This document shows positions 1-9,363 of a DNA stretch of 42,867 nucleotides, piece after piece. A program made the translations under genes and the position numbers. Location: assembly GCA_964473825.1 (NCBI GenBank), contig CAYYQL010000021.1, forward strand, positions 1 through 42,867. Direction: 5' to 3'. The notes beneath the pieces were generated by a model. That model did not search any database. It worked only from the letters and a program-made list of their open reading frames with translations, and was not told the origin of the DNA. Each line of letters starts with the position of its first letter. The stretch's first letter is position 1. Source of the stretch: an uncultured archaeon. GTDB lineage: Archaea > Asgardarchaeota > Thorarchaeia > Thorarchaeales > Thorarchaeaceae.

Positions 1-1
1 C

Positions 2-94
2 GACATATGCAAACAGAAGGTACCCGAGTATCGAGAGGTGGACGACGACTATTGGGTTTTCTGCCATCGATATGAGGAACTACCAGAGTTCTAA
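2..94 (+). CDS. C-terminal fragment of an oligopeptide/dipeptide ABC transporter ATP-binding protein (gene begins before the window)
   Basis: Frame from base 2 reads DICKQKVPEYREVDDDYWVFCHRYEELPEF*, the Cys-containing tail typical of OppD/OppF; it parallels the tail of 4322..5401. Confidence 0.8.
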   Translation, partial: DICKQKVPEYREVDDDYWVFCHRYEELPEF

Positions 95-187
95 GAAGGT
101 TACAAGCGAGAACTTTGCGAGGTAAGAATATACCTTCCTCCCCAACTACTTATTACTGACTTAGCTGAATCCAGAGTGGTTTTTGAA

Positions 188-712
188 ATGGGAGAAGACT
201 TGGAAACGATTCCTCTACAAGATGCAGTCAAAGCAACACAAGGTGCGCTCTCACGAGTGGCGCTCCTCCACATCGCCTTTTCACGGGTTCTAGTTGATGA
301 GTTTGGAGAAGAGCGAGGTAAAGACATCATTGCAAAGGCCATTATCGAATATGGTCACAGAGTGGCAGACAGAGTGAAGATGGGACGTCCCGATCTCACC
401 GAGCTGGGACTCTATGATGTCAAGGGAGAAGATGAACAGGGGAAGCTCTTCTCGAAGGGGTGTGCTTTCGCCAAGGTCTTCGAGGAAGAGAACGCACTAG
501 ATGTTGGCCATATGTACTGCTACGCGGACGCTGCAAAGATAATGGCATTCGACGAAGATGCCAAAATGATACACCTGACGTGTCAGGCGGCGGGCGATGA
601 TACCTGCACCGTCGACATCGTTCCAACGACTGAGGAGGAACGAGAGGCATTCAAGAAGCGGACTGGTCTATGGCGAAAAGTAGACCCCAGGCTCTACGAA
701 TTCGGGAAGTAG
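188..712 (+). CDS. L-2-amino-thiazoline-4-carboxylic acid hydrolase (ATC hydrolase)/V4R-like family protein
   Basis: FGEERG..II..AI..YG segment plus Cys motifs GCAFAKVF, MYCYAD and TC..GDDTC; ATG at 188 preferred over GTG at 176. Confidence 0.7.
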   Translation: MGEDLETIPLQDAVKATQGALSRVALLHIAFSRVLVDEFGEERGKDIIAKAIIEYGHRVADRVKMGRPDLTELGLYDVKGEDEQGKLFSKGCAFAKVFEEENALDVGHMYCYADAAKIMAFDEDAKMIHLTCQAAGDDTCTVDIVPTTEEEREAFKKRTGLWRKVDPRLYEFGK

Positions 713-760
713 AGCGAGGGGAGCAGGTCAACTGGTTATCCACTCAGCTGTTGATTCTTC

Positions 761-1228
761 AGTCTAGTCGAGGTTCTCTCTCATCAAGTCCACACAATCG
801 AGAATCCACTCCTGAGCCTCCTCTTTTTGGTCAGGGTCGATCTTCCATATCCATCCACGAAACATATGACGGTCAACAATCACGTCATCAATGGGATCTA
901 CAAGGGACCAAAGTAGTTGCTTCGGATGTGTGATTCAAAGCGGTCATAGGCTCTCTTAGCCCATCCAAGAATAAACACCGCGACCTTCCTATCGCGGAGT
1001 TCAGCCGCATGTTCCTTGATGAAGTCTTGAACCACATCCAATGGCCCTTCGAAGTATATCGGACTGCCAATGACGATAAGGTCTGCCGCTAGACTGGTCG
1101 CACTTTCAGGTTTGGAAACCTCAACTGTGTGACCAGCAGACTGCAGAGCCTCAGCCATCCAATTCACAATAGTTTCAGTAGAACCTCTTCTTGATTCATA
1201 GACGAGCAGGATTCACAACGCGGACCAT
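761..1228 (-). pseudogene. Flavodoxin-domain (HemG-like) gene with two lesions, or two sequencing indels
   Basis: ILLVYESRRGSTETI (FMN loop) and LIVIGSPIY are in frame with ORF 898..1167. Lesion near 1213 (extra base or TGA before ILLVY). One missing base near 901-906; the shifted frame continues VDPIDDVIVDRHMFRGWIWKIDPDQKEEAQEWILDCVDLMREPRLD* to 761. Confidence 0.7.
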
Positions 1229-1752
1229 CACTTCCAAGACTCGTCCAACAAATCTCCGATGATCTCCGTGGGAGCGTCAACCGCCGCGTTCCAAGGAGCA
1301 TCATCGACCTCAAGCGACGGTGCGCCCATCATATGCCGCATCTTAGCAATCTGGCCTGCATGATAGATACCATGCTGGATAGTTCTCAGGACACACCAAG
1401 AAATCGAGGGGCCTCTTTCTGTTGTGGGAGGCACAACTCGAAGCTCTTCTTCAGAGCAGCTACGAATCATCTTAATCATCGCGTCAGACACTTCCTTCAG
1501 GTGGTCTGCCACCGCATCGAAACCTCCAGACCTGAGCGGGGGAAGGAGGTCATTGCCGTTTTTGTGGAACCAGTAGGTCTCCGAGTTGCCGATATGCCGC
1601 AAAATAGAGAGCATGTCAGGAAATCGTTCCTCATCAGCGACCTGCCGCTCTACCAGATCAGAGAATAGGTCCTGAATGACGCGATACAAGTGTGCGCGTT
1701 GCCTCTTATGCGCGTCAATCAGCCGTTCTCGAAACCAATCGTATGTGACCAT
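1228..1752 (-). CDS. DinB/YfiT family protein
   Basis: Three-His pattern ILRHIGNSE...HGIYHAGQI; GGAGG RBS before ATG at 1752. Confidence 0.8.
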   Translation of the reverse strand: MVTYDWFRERLIDAHKRQRAHLYRVIQDLFSDLVERQVADEERFPDMLSILRHIGNSETYWFHKNGNDLLPPLRSGGFDAVADHLKEVSDAMIKMIRSCSEEELRVVPPTTERGPSISWCVLRTIQHGIYHAGQIAKMRHMMGAPSLEVDDAPWNAAVDAPTEIIGDLLDESWK

Positions 1753-1768
1753 GTCAGGCGCTCCTCCT

Positions 1769-2956
1769 CTACTTCTTCTTGAAATCATCCTTGTTCAGCT
1801 GAACCAAGCTGTATTTCCTGCTTCCAAGCCCCATCTTCTCTGCGTGGGCAAACTGAATCTCAGCACGGTCTACGGGCTCGTCGACATTCGTGCTCCTTGC
1901 ACTGAGCGCGTGGGCAAACTTGCACTCTCCACATTCAAGGTCACCAACAAGAGAATCGGGATTTGCGGGAGCCTCGTTGATCTTGTCCTGAGTTGCCTGA
2001 TCCACTGCCAGGGGGTCGTGCGAACCGAGAATACCAATATCGTGAACGAGTAAGGGAGCCCCAACACCCCAACAGTCACACAGGTCACTGATATCGATAG
2101 CCAGATTGATGTGATAAAAGCGGTCTCGGCCGATGGAGTCTAGCACACCCAAGGCATTCTCCACGAATCGGAGAGGCTGGTCATCGGCATTCCTCCATGT
2201 CACAGAGATAGCCTTTGCCCCTACATTGTTGCACACCGAACGGCAATGAGCACAATTGACGCAAAGGCCATCATCTATCTGCGCTATATCTTGCATCGTG
2301 ATGCACCGTGTAGGACAGACCTTGAGACACTTGGAGCACTCAGGTCCAAGGCATTTCTCAGGGTCGATCTCAAAGTCGCCAAGGTTGTGCATAGCAGCCT
2401 TTCCCCGTTTCCCGACCAAACCAATGCCCAGATTCTTCAGCGTGCCTCCAAGGCCGCTGAGACCGTGACCCTTCGCATGGGTGAGCATGACCACTTTGTC
2501 GCAATCGAGTACTGCAGCAGCAACATCCACTCTGTCTATGAACTCGCCGTCAATCGGAACATCGAAGGTGTCAACGCCCCAGTAACCATCAGCCATGATG
2601 ATAGGGCAGCCGATTGTAGCCTCAGAGAAACCATTCTGAGCTGCCATCCCCAAGTAATCAGGAGCTGTTGTCCTACCCGAGAATACACCGGTCGTTCCAT
2701 ATCCCAGACCACAGGTTTCAGCAGCGAATGGGATTCCACCGGCTTTCTTCACCAAGTCGGCAATCTTTCTCACGTAAGCAGGACGTATATAGTTCGTATT
2801 GCCGAACTGACCAAAGTGGGTCTTTATCATAACCTTCTCGCCGGGCTTGATATCGTCCGCCAATCCTAGTCTATTGAATATGTGTTCCAGTTTATCCAGC
2901 ATACTGTATCCTGACTCTGCAGCTCTGTCTGCGAAGTAGACCACGGATTCGTTCAT
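1769..2956 (-). CDS. DUF362 domain-containing Fe-S protein with an inserted 2x[4Fe-4S] ferredoxin
   Basis: IKTHFG, HAKGH, GGTLKNLGIG and CDC motifs, D.GIL.S.DPLAVDQA, and two CxxCxxxC clusters. Confidence 0.85.
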   Translation of the reverse strand: MNESVVYFADRAAESGYSMLDKLEHIFNRLGLADDIKPGEKVMIKTHFGQFGNTNYIRPAYVRKIADLVKKAGGIPFAAETCGLGYGTTGVFSGRTTAPDYLGMAAQNGFSEATIGCPIIMADGYWGVDTFDVPIDGEFIDRVDVAAAVLDCDKVVMLTHAKGHGLSGLGGTLKNLGIGLVGKRGKAAMHNLGDFEIDPEKCLGPECSKCLKVCPTRCITMQDIAQIDDGLCVNCAHCRSVCNNVGAKAISVTWRNADDQPLRFVENALGVLDSIGRDRFYHINLAIDISDLCDCWGVGAPLLVHDIGILGSHDPLAVDQATQDKINEAPANPDSLVGDLECGECKFAHALSARSTNVDEPVDRAEIQFAHAEKMGLGSRKYSLVQLNKDDFKKK

Positions 2957-2990
2957 AGTCTCAACCTATCCTCCAAATCACTCGCAAGCG

Positions 2991-2996
2991 TATAAA
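2991..2996 (-). promoter_or_regulatory. Putative archaeal TATA box (TTTATA) for the DUF362-DinB-flavodoxin unit
   Basis: TTTATA on the minus strand ~35 nt upstream of ATG 2956. Confidence 0.5.
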
Positions 2997-3028
2997 GCGT
3001 TACGTCTAGGACAGTGGTGGTTTCACGC

Positions 3029-4222
3029 TCAGAATCTCTCATAAGATACGAAATTGTCTGGAGGGAACAGAGCATCGAGTTTGGCTGCAGTCTCTTTGGA
3101 ACAGTCGATCATTCGCAATCCCCTAAGTGTACTTGCCACGACGAGTCCTGAAACCACCCTTGAAAGCTTAAGTGCATCTACCTTGATGTCTGGAGAGTCG
3201 CATTCAATTCGATTGCATTCGAGCTTCCCGCCATCTGGTTGTAGCTCATAGCTTCCCGAGTTCCAGTCACACTGCTCATCCTTCAGAGAGAGAGTAAGCC
3301 CTTGATCAGCCTCTTCAGGAACAGCAATTGACCGACAGTATCCCTGAAAATCCACAACACGCATCATCATGGCACCAACCTCTTGCGTTACAACCGAACC
3401 ATGATGCTTCGTGAACAATCTGACAGGAGCCTGATTATCACAGGACCAGGTGAGTTGCTTTGAGTTCACGGCATATTGAGACACCAGTCTCACGATGGAG
3501 GAGAAATACTCCGAGGACTTGTAGTATGAGAGACCTGTATTCAGAGATAAATCGCCGTTCTTGCGGTCGAAAGTGAATTTCGCTGTTGCGACGGGTTGAG
3601 AGCCCTTCTCGATTACATAGAGATGGTCCTTCTTGATTGCCCGCTCAATAGTCCTCTTGAAATGAAAAACTCGAGAACCAAATCTTGACATTGTCTTCTC
3701 GACCTCGAGAACCAGCTCTGACTCATCAGGGTCCGAAAGCTCTCGTGCCTCTAACTCATCATCCATCTCGACTTTCCGAAATTCGCGGGGAGAGAATTGA
3801 TGCCGTGTACGGCTCTCCGCCACGGCGTATCCAAACTTTTCATAGAATGGAATATAGAAGGGATCTAGAATGGAGAGGACCATCCCTTCCTTCCTCATCC
3901 TTATGAAGGCGTGCTCGAGAACTTTGCGCACGAGACCAGACCGACGATGATTCGGTTCTGTTGCGACACCCCAGACACCGGCGAACCTGACAGGCATTCC
4001 TCGAATCTTATTCTGCGTACTGCCAAAGAATGAAACATTAGCCACAGGTCTACCATTGTGTAATGCGACATAGGCAAAGTCATCATTTTCCTGATTGTTC
4101 CAGTAGTCTGTCCAATTTTCCTGCCGCATCTCGTCAAGGTTTTGAGTTGGCTCGAAGGCTTTCCAAAAGATACGAATCACGTCATCTCTGAACTCAGGCC
4201 TTCCTTCAGTTACCTCATACAT
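3029..4222 (-). CDS. Eis-like GNAT acetyltransferase with C-terminal SCP2-like domain
   Basis: GVWGVATEPNHRRSGLV acetyl-CoA motif, L.PF..PFYEKFGY, MMRVVD and D..C.WN.G typical of the Eis family. Confidence 0.85.
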   Translation of the reverse strand: MYEVTEGRPEFRDDVIRIFWKAFEPTQNLDEMRQENWTDYWNNQENDDFAYVALHNGRPVANVSFFGSTQNKIRGMPVRFAGVWGVATEPNHRRSGLVRKVLEHAFIRMRKEGMVLSILDPFYIPFYEKFGYAVAESRTRHQFSPREFRKVEMDDELEARELSDPDESELVLEVEKTMSRFGSRVFHFKRTIERAIKKDHLYVIEKGSQPVATAKFTFDRKNGDLSLNTGLSYYKSSEYFSSIVRLVSQYAVNSKQLTWSCDNQAPVRLFTKHHGSVVTQEVGAMMMRVVDFQGYCRSIAVPEEADQGLTLSLKDEQCDWNSGSYELQPDGGKLECNRIECDSPDIKVDALKLSRVVSGLVVASTLRGLRMIDCSKETAAKLDALFPPDNFVSYERF

Positions 4223-4321
4223 CTTTCAGCACCAGTTCTTAACAGATTGTGCTATAGCAACTTGTGCTTGCCCGATTGATAGTCTTTTAACGTATCGTTT
4301 CGGCCTGAGAACCTGAATAAG

Positions 4322-5401
4322 ATGAACGGCGACAGACTACTCATAGTCGAGAATCTCAAGGCATACTACGCGAGTAAGAAGGGTGTCATCAAAGCAGTCG
4401 ATGGAGTCTCATTCCATATTGACACCGGGGAGTGTCTTGGGATTCTTGGAGAGAGCGGGTGTGGAAAGAGCAGTCTTGCGCTAGCGGTTATTGGACTCTT
4501 TGAACGAGTTGCCAGATTTGCCGCAGGAACATCTAATGAGCCCGGTCTGAGACAAGAGTTCGACGAATCATCTCAGTCAGACTCTGAAGACCGCCCCGGA
4601 GTTCAGGGTCGTGTTTACTTCCGCGGGCAAGACCTGACCGAAATGGAAGAAGAAGACCTCGTCAAGATGAGAGGAAAGCAGATCTCAATGATTCCACAGG
4701 GATTGACCCGCGCACTGAATCCTCAGTATAGCGTCGGCTATCAGACCGGCGAACCGATGGAGGTTCATGAGGAGAATATTCGTCTCATCGAACTCAAACG
4801 CAGGGTGTTGGAATACCTAGGCTTGGTCAGTCTGGCAGATGCAGGTATACGTTTTGTGATGGATCCCGGCACCTTCAGTGGAGGAGAGGCTCAGCGTATC
4901 CTTATCGCTATGTCACTAATCTCAGGTCCTTATCTTGTAATTGCCGACGAGCCCACATCTGCCCTAGATGTCACGATACAGAGCCAGATTCTCAATGTTC
5001 TTCAAATGGTAAGAGATGAATTTGGCGTATCACTCATGGCAATCAGCCACAACGCTGGCGTTATTGCTGAGCTGGCAGACCGTGTAGCCATCATGTATGC
5101 AGGGAAATTCATGGAAGTGGGGCCTGCAGAAAAAATATTCCTTGACCCAGACCACCCCTATACTCGAGGACTGATGGGTTCATATCCCAAGATAGCGATG
5201 ATGCGGATGAAGGCAGGTAAGGAGAGGCCTCGGCTCAGAGGTATACCGGGTTCCCCACCAGATCTGTCAAGCCTTCCCAGTGGATGTCCGTTTCATCCCA
5301 GGTGTGAATACTGCATTGATATTTGCAGAGAAAAGACACCGGAGTATCGTGAAGTTGAACCGGGGCATTCCATATACTGTCACCGATGGGGCGAAATCTA
5401 A
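4322..5401 (+). CDS. Oligopeptide/dipeptide ABC transporter ATP-binding protein (OppD/DppD-like), stand-alone
   Basis: Walker A GESGCGKS, signature FSGGEAQR, Walker B IADEPT, HPYT and GCPFHPRC tail. Confidence 0.92.
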   Translation: MNGDRLLIVENLKAYYASKKGVIKAVDGVSFHIDTGECLGILGESGCGKSSLALAVIGLFERVARFAAGTSNEPGLRQEFDESSQSDSEDRPGVQGRVYFRGQDLTEMEEEDLVKMRGKQISMIPQGLTRALNPQYSVGYQTGEPMEVHEENIRLIELKRRVLEYLGLVSLADAGIRFVMDPGTFSGGEAQRILIAMSLISGPYLVIADEPTSALDVTIQSQILNVLQMVRDEFGVSLMAISHNAGVIAELADRVAIMYAGKFMEVGPAEKIFLDPDHPYTRGLMGSYPKIAMMRMKAGKERPRLRGIPGSPPDLSSLPSGCPFHPRCEYCIDICREKTPEYREVEPGHSIYCHRWGEI

Positions 5402-5409
5402 GAATAGGG

Positions 5410-5448
5410 GTGAGCGCCCGTAGGGGCGCCCACGAAGGGGTTTTTCCT
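5410..5448 (+). terminator. GC-rich hairpin followed by a T-run downstream of the ABC ATPase gene
   Basis: GTGAGCGCCC-GTAG-GGGCGCCCAC then GAAGGGGTTTTTCCT. Confidence 0.5.
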
Positions 5449-5812
5449 GTCTGCCGCGTCAAACAGATCGCCCATTGATTCCATTCAACGGAAACTGAAC
5501 AAAACGTTCACTTTCCAGATACTCTGTTCTACCATCCACACTCCAATGGGCTTTTCATGTACTTGCTGAACAAGTCTCCCGGCTTGAACACATCGGGGAT
5601 ATGGTGAGGTGATATATACGTCTTTGCAGTAATAGCCGCCGAGACAGTCCAAGCTCAAGAGGGGCATGTGCAATGTACCGTTTGAAGTCTTGAAATCTCG
5701 CTCATGTGTTCATCCAAATGAGGCATAACAGCTTCGAGCTCTCGAGAGTTATGTGCAGATTAGGGATTGATTGAGAGGAGAGGAAGCAGGATACTGACAC
5801 ACATAATCCGCA

Positions 5813-6751
5813 TTGAACACAAAGGTCAAAGGCCAAGCCATCTCAATGGGCATAGCTAAACCAAACAACCAGTCACCTGAGAGTGGTATGTTGTTGACCA
5901 GATACAGATTTGGACTAGAAGCTCTACGGCAGTTCGAAGCAGAGAGTGGTAATCAGATTCGTCTTGACCAACAACAAGAAATTAGAATTCAGAGAACGGG
6001 AAATACCAGGCTGTCGTATGAGCAGCTTCGGCGAATTCTGCGCCAAACAAGAGACGTACCAGTTCCCGACTACATTATGCGTGAAAACAAGGTTCTTCAG
6101 CCCATTTCATTAGCACTCTTCGTTATCAATGAAAACATCTGGAAGATAATGGCGAGAAAGAAGCAACACCGTGATAGACTAAACCCGATGATTACCTTCC
6201 CCTGGTTTTACCATGGTTCTACGTCAGACGGAACAAATGAGAGCAGGTCTATTGTAAAGCACGCTACAGGAAGTGGTCTGGAGTGTGTCTCGGTTAAGGA
6301 TGACATGATGAACCTAGCTGGCCAGGGAGGCGACTTCGCAGGGGTTCTAGAGGAGCGAGTGGTCTTAGAAACGTACAGCTCACGGCCTATCTTCATTCCT
6401 CGCGGATTTGGTTCTCGTGATCTCATATCCAAATACAATCTGGAGAAAATCAGACTAGATGTAGACATGAAGCTTTGTCAAGCAAGCATCTATCCGTTGC
6501 CTGATACGAGCTTCGACTATCGTTTTTCAGAGGACCCCGAGGAATTCCACACCCATGGACTTGCCATCTCCACCACAGGTGAAGCTGTGACTCTTTTTGT
6601 CAGTGGAAAGACACCGTGCAAACTGCGAGGGTCTGTCATGATCATGATCTGCAAACCGATGGATGGACTTCACGCAACAGCGATTCCTCTTAGGTACCAT
6701 CTCTGGATGACGGCACTGCAGGAGCTAATCGAAGCGAAGAGCCGTGTCTAA
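5813..6751 (+). CDS. Hypothetical soluble protein; true start may be ATG 5846 or 5888
   Basis: Long open frame filling the gap, normal globular composition; no recognised motif. Confidence 0.65.
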   Translation: MNTKVKGQAISMGIAKPNNQSPESGMLLTRYRFGLEALRQFEAESGNQIRLDQQQEIRIQRTGNTRLSYEQLRRILRQTRDVPVPDYIMRENKVLQPISLALFVINENIWKIMARKKQHRDRLNPMITFPWFYHGSTSDGTNESRSIVKHATGSGLECVSVKDDMMNLAGQGGDFAGVLEERVVLETYSSRPIFIPRGFGSRDLISKYNLEKIRLDVDMKLCQASIYPLPDTSFDYRFSEDPEEFHTHGLAISTTGEAVTLFVSGKTPCKLRGSVMIMICKPMDGLHATAIPLRYHLWMTALQELIEAKSRV

Positions 6752-6884
6752 GAGCTCGCGAGCTCTGGTCTATTATATTCAATGGGAGATGTCAGCCAAT
6801 CTCAAATTGGCAGGCCATGCGCACTTCCACATCTCTAAAAGTCACTCTTTGATTCTGAAGAGTGAGTTCTAAGTTGGCGAAGAG

Positions 6885-7733
6885 GTGATGATAGCTACCT
6901 TTGCCCTGCTTGCAGCAGGAAGTATGGTACTCGCTGTTAGTGTACTGAGGGCTCGGAAGCTTGCCTATTTTTCGACATTGCTGTCGCGTTTCGAAGAATC
7001 GTTTGATTTGAGTCAGATTGACACCTCAGGGGGAACTGAGTATACTCGATGCTTCTCGCACAGATGGCTGTTTGACAAAATCACAATGAAAGACTCGCAT
7101 AGACTAATCGAGCTAATAAGAAACCAAGTGGATGAGAGCCCCCTGCTCGGATTTCTCTTGGTCGCTATCGTTCTCTTTTCTTCATCGCTCATACTCGTAC
7201 TGATATCACTTGGAGCTGTCAGTGTAATGGGGATTTCAGTACCAATCTTGATAGCGAGTGTGATTGTTTCTTTGGGCCCAGGTACTTTGAACACCTCTGA
7301 GTCTCTTCTACAAGCAATTGACGCACAATGGCCGGCAACCGTTGTCAAGGAGGATTATGTGTATGCCAAGATCGCGTATGAGACCATGCAGAACTGGCAG
7401 ACTATGTCATACTCTGCTGGGGTTGCGTTCTTGCTGCTTGCCCCCTTTGGAGAGAATATTGGCATAATAGTAGCGTATCTGGTCGCCCAAGTTTCGCTCT
7501 TGGTTCTCTGGAATCCTGCCTTGGTTCTCCTGGAATACTGGGCCGTCTTCTCAGTTCTCTATCTTGTTGGTGCAGTGGCATTCATCTCGCTATTAGTCAC
7601 TAGGCTTTCTCGGCTTCTCGTATCACTCTGGAACGAACGCTGCATGACACTCGGGACGCAAAAACGGCTCAATCAGTCAGAGAAGGCCTCCAAGAAGAAA
7701 GAACGCACCCGTCAGTCCGAGCAAGAAGACTGA
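6885..7733 (+). CDS. Hypothetical multi-pass membrane protein
   Basis: About six hydrophobic segments; GAGGTG RBS overlapping the start region. Confidence 0.75.
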   Translation: MMIATFALLAAGSMVLAVSVLRARKLAYFSTLLSRFEESFDLSQIDTSGGTEYTRCFSHRWLFDKITMKDSHRLIELIRNQVDESPLLGFLLVAIVLFSSSLILVLISLGAVSVMGISVPILIASVIVSLGPGTLNTSESLLQAIDAQWPATVVKEDYVYAKIAYETMQNWQTMSYSAGVAFLLLAPFGENIGIIVAYLVAQVSLLVLWNPALVLLEYWAVFSVLYLVGAVAFISLLVTRLSRLLVSLWNERCMTLGTQKRLNQSEKASKKKERTRQSEQED

Positions 7734-8015
7734 TGCAATGAGTAGCTTCTTACCGATAATAGCCCATCTCCATGAGAGTACTGGTTGGCCATCAGCATCA
7801 TAGCGGTCTTCATCACGGAGTGGCTGACGTGCCATCAAACAGCCGCCCAAAACCAAAAAAATGCCGAATTCAAGCAACATGAGATTCGACACCATATAGA
7901 AGAAACCATAGGACCCAAGCATCAAAAAAGGGATGAATACGATGGCCATTGTAGCAACAGAAACTATACTCGCCCAGCTGGCAGCCTCCCAGACCTCATT
8001 TTTGAACCTCGCCAT
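7677..8015 (-). CDS. Small membrane protein (3 TM), last gene of the opp run
   Basis: MARFKNEVWEAAS..., three hydrophobic helices; GGTGA RBS before ATG 8015. Confidence 0.65.
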   Translation of the reverse strand: MARFKNEVWEAASWASIVSVATMAIVFIPFLMLGSYGFFYMVSNLMLLEFGIFLVLGGCLMARQPLRDEDRYDADGQPVLSWRWAIIGKKLLIASVFLLGLTGAFFLLGGLL

Positions 8016-8035
8016 ATTCGGTTTCACCAACAGTA

Positions 8036-8266
8036 TCAAGATAGTAAGAATGTAAGTATCAAAGAAGATGCAACGAGGGCTAAAGCAATTACGATCAACG
8101 GGAGAAATATGGTCTGAACAGCAGCCAAGAAGAGGGCCAAGTAGTCTGTCTTGTCGAGGTGAACCCGGTTTTTGTGATAGTCCTCTCGACGAGCATACTG
8201 TCTCCAATCAGGTTCTTCCTGAGTAGTATCTTCATTGTAAGTATGCTCCTCCTTGTCTGCACTCAA
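8036..8266 (-). CDS. Small membrane protein with acidic N-terminus and hydrophobic C-terminal half
   Basis: 76 aa, LDKTDYLALFLAAVQTIFLPLIV...; co-oriented just downstream of oppF. Confidence 0.65.
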   Translation of the reverse strand: MSADKEEHTYNEDTTQEEPDWRQYARREDYHKNRVHLDKTDYLALFLAAVQTIFLPLIVIALALVASSLILTFLLS

Positions 8267-8327
8267 GACGTTTCAACCTTCTTTTCTTTATCCATAAGGG
8301 ACTCACTCAAGAGTGATTCCCTCTACC

Positions 8328-9350
8328 TCATGCACTCTGCTTTGCATCAGCGAATTCCTGTTGAGAACTCGTTCCGAAATCAAGATCGGGAGCGAAGTGA
8401 CATTTCACTAGGTGTCCGTTGCCCACATCCCTCAGCTCGGGTTCCTCTGTTCTACATATCTCCTCGGCAAAAATACACCGAGGGTGGAACCTACAGCCCG
8501 ATGGAGGACTGATTGGACTGGGAACTTCACCTTTAAGGATAGTAGCTCTTCCGGCAAATCTCGGATCAGGTATGGGTACTGCTGACACCAAGGCAAAGGA
8601 ATAGGGATGTAATGGCTCCCTGAAGATATCCCCTGGAGTTAGTTCTACTATCTGGCCCAAGTACATGACCGCTATTCTATCACTCATATGCTTCACGACG
8701 GAGAGGTCATGAGAGATGAACATGTATGTGAGATCGAACTCGTCCTGTAGGTCCTTCATCAGGTTCAACGACTGGGCCTGAACAGACACGTCAGTGCTGG
8801 ATGTGGGTTCGTCCATCACCACAAAATCAGGATTCAGAGCGAGCGCTCGGGCAATACATATTCTCTGTCGTTGGCCACCACTAAACTCATGTGGAAAGCG
8901 ATTCAGATGGTCCTCAGTCAGGCCGACCTTCTGGAGCAGATCTAGCACCATTCTGCGCATCTTAGGGCCTTTCGCAATGCCATTGACCACCAATGGCTCG
9001 CCAACAGAGTTCTTTATTGTAACTCGAGGGTCAAGCGAAGCCATAGGGTCCTGAAAGACTATCTGCATCCGATGTCGAGTTCTCCGTAAGTCGCCCCCAG
9101 TTATATGGGTGATATCTTCGCCATCAAAGATGATTCTTCCATCAGTCGGTTCGATGAGTCGAAGCATGGTCCTCCCGAGCGTCGTCTTGCCGCACCCCGA
9201 CTCTCCTACAAGACCCAATGTTTCTCCCTTTTTGATATCAAAAGTCACACCGTCAACTGCATGTACATATCCCACAACGGAACGAAACACGCCGCCAGTT
9301 AGCGGGAAGTACTTCTGAAGTTTTTCGACTTCGATCAATTTGTCAGACAC
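8328..9350 (-). CDS. oppF: Oligopeptide ABC transporter ATP-binding protein OppF/DppF
   Basis: VHAVDGV, GESGCGKT, FPHEFSGGQRQR, DEPT and GCRFHPRC. Confidence 0.93.
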   Translation of the reverse strand: MSDKLIEVEKLQKYFPLTGGVFRSVVGYVHAVDGVTFDIKKGETLGLVGESGCGKTTLGRTMLRLIEPTDGRIIFDGEDITHITGGDLRRTRHRMQIVFQDPMASLDPRVTIKNSVGEPLVVNGIAKGPKMRRMVLDLLQKVGLTEDHLNRFPHEFSGGQRQRICIARALALNPDFVVMDEPTSSTDVSVQAQSLNLMKDLQDEFDLTYMFISHDLSVVKHMSDRIAVMYLGQIVELTPGDIFREPLHPYSFALVSAVPIPDPRFAGRATILKGEVPSPISPPSGCRFHPRCIFAEEICRTEEPELRDVGNGHLVKCHFAPDLDFGTSSQQEFADAKQSA

Positions 9351-9363
9351 ATCTGTTCCTCTC

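Noticed and set aside
1213-1215. In-frame TGA near the flavodoxin start read as selenocysteine
   Set aside because: The position is not a Cys site in flavodoxins, no SECIS-like structure was recognised, and a second frameshift exists downstream.
2246-2869. 207-aa plus-strand ORF and the many other short antisense or overlapping ORFs in the track
   Set aside because: They lie opposite or within well-supported genes and lack recognisable motifs or RBS.
5424-5440. GTAGGGGCGCCC as a GTAG-family REP element
   Set aside because: Single copy with no RAYT transposase nearby; better explained as a terminator hairpin.
5485-5673. 62-aa minus-strand ORF or possible gene remnant in the 5402-5812 spacer
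   Set aside because: No motif, no convincing start signal, and no frame gives a recognisable protein.
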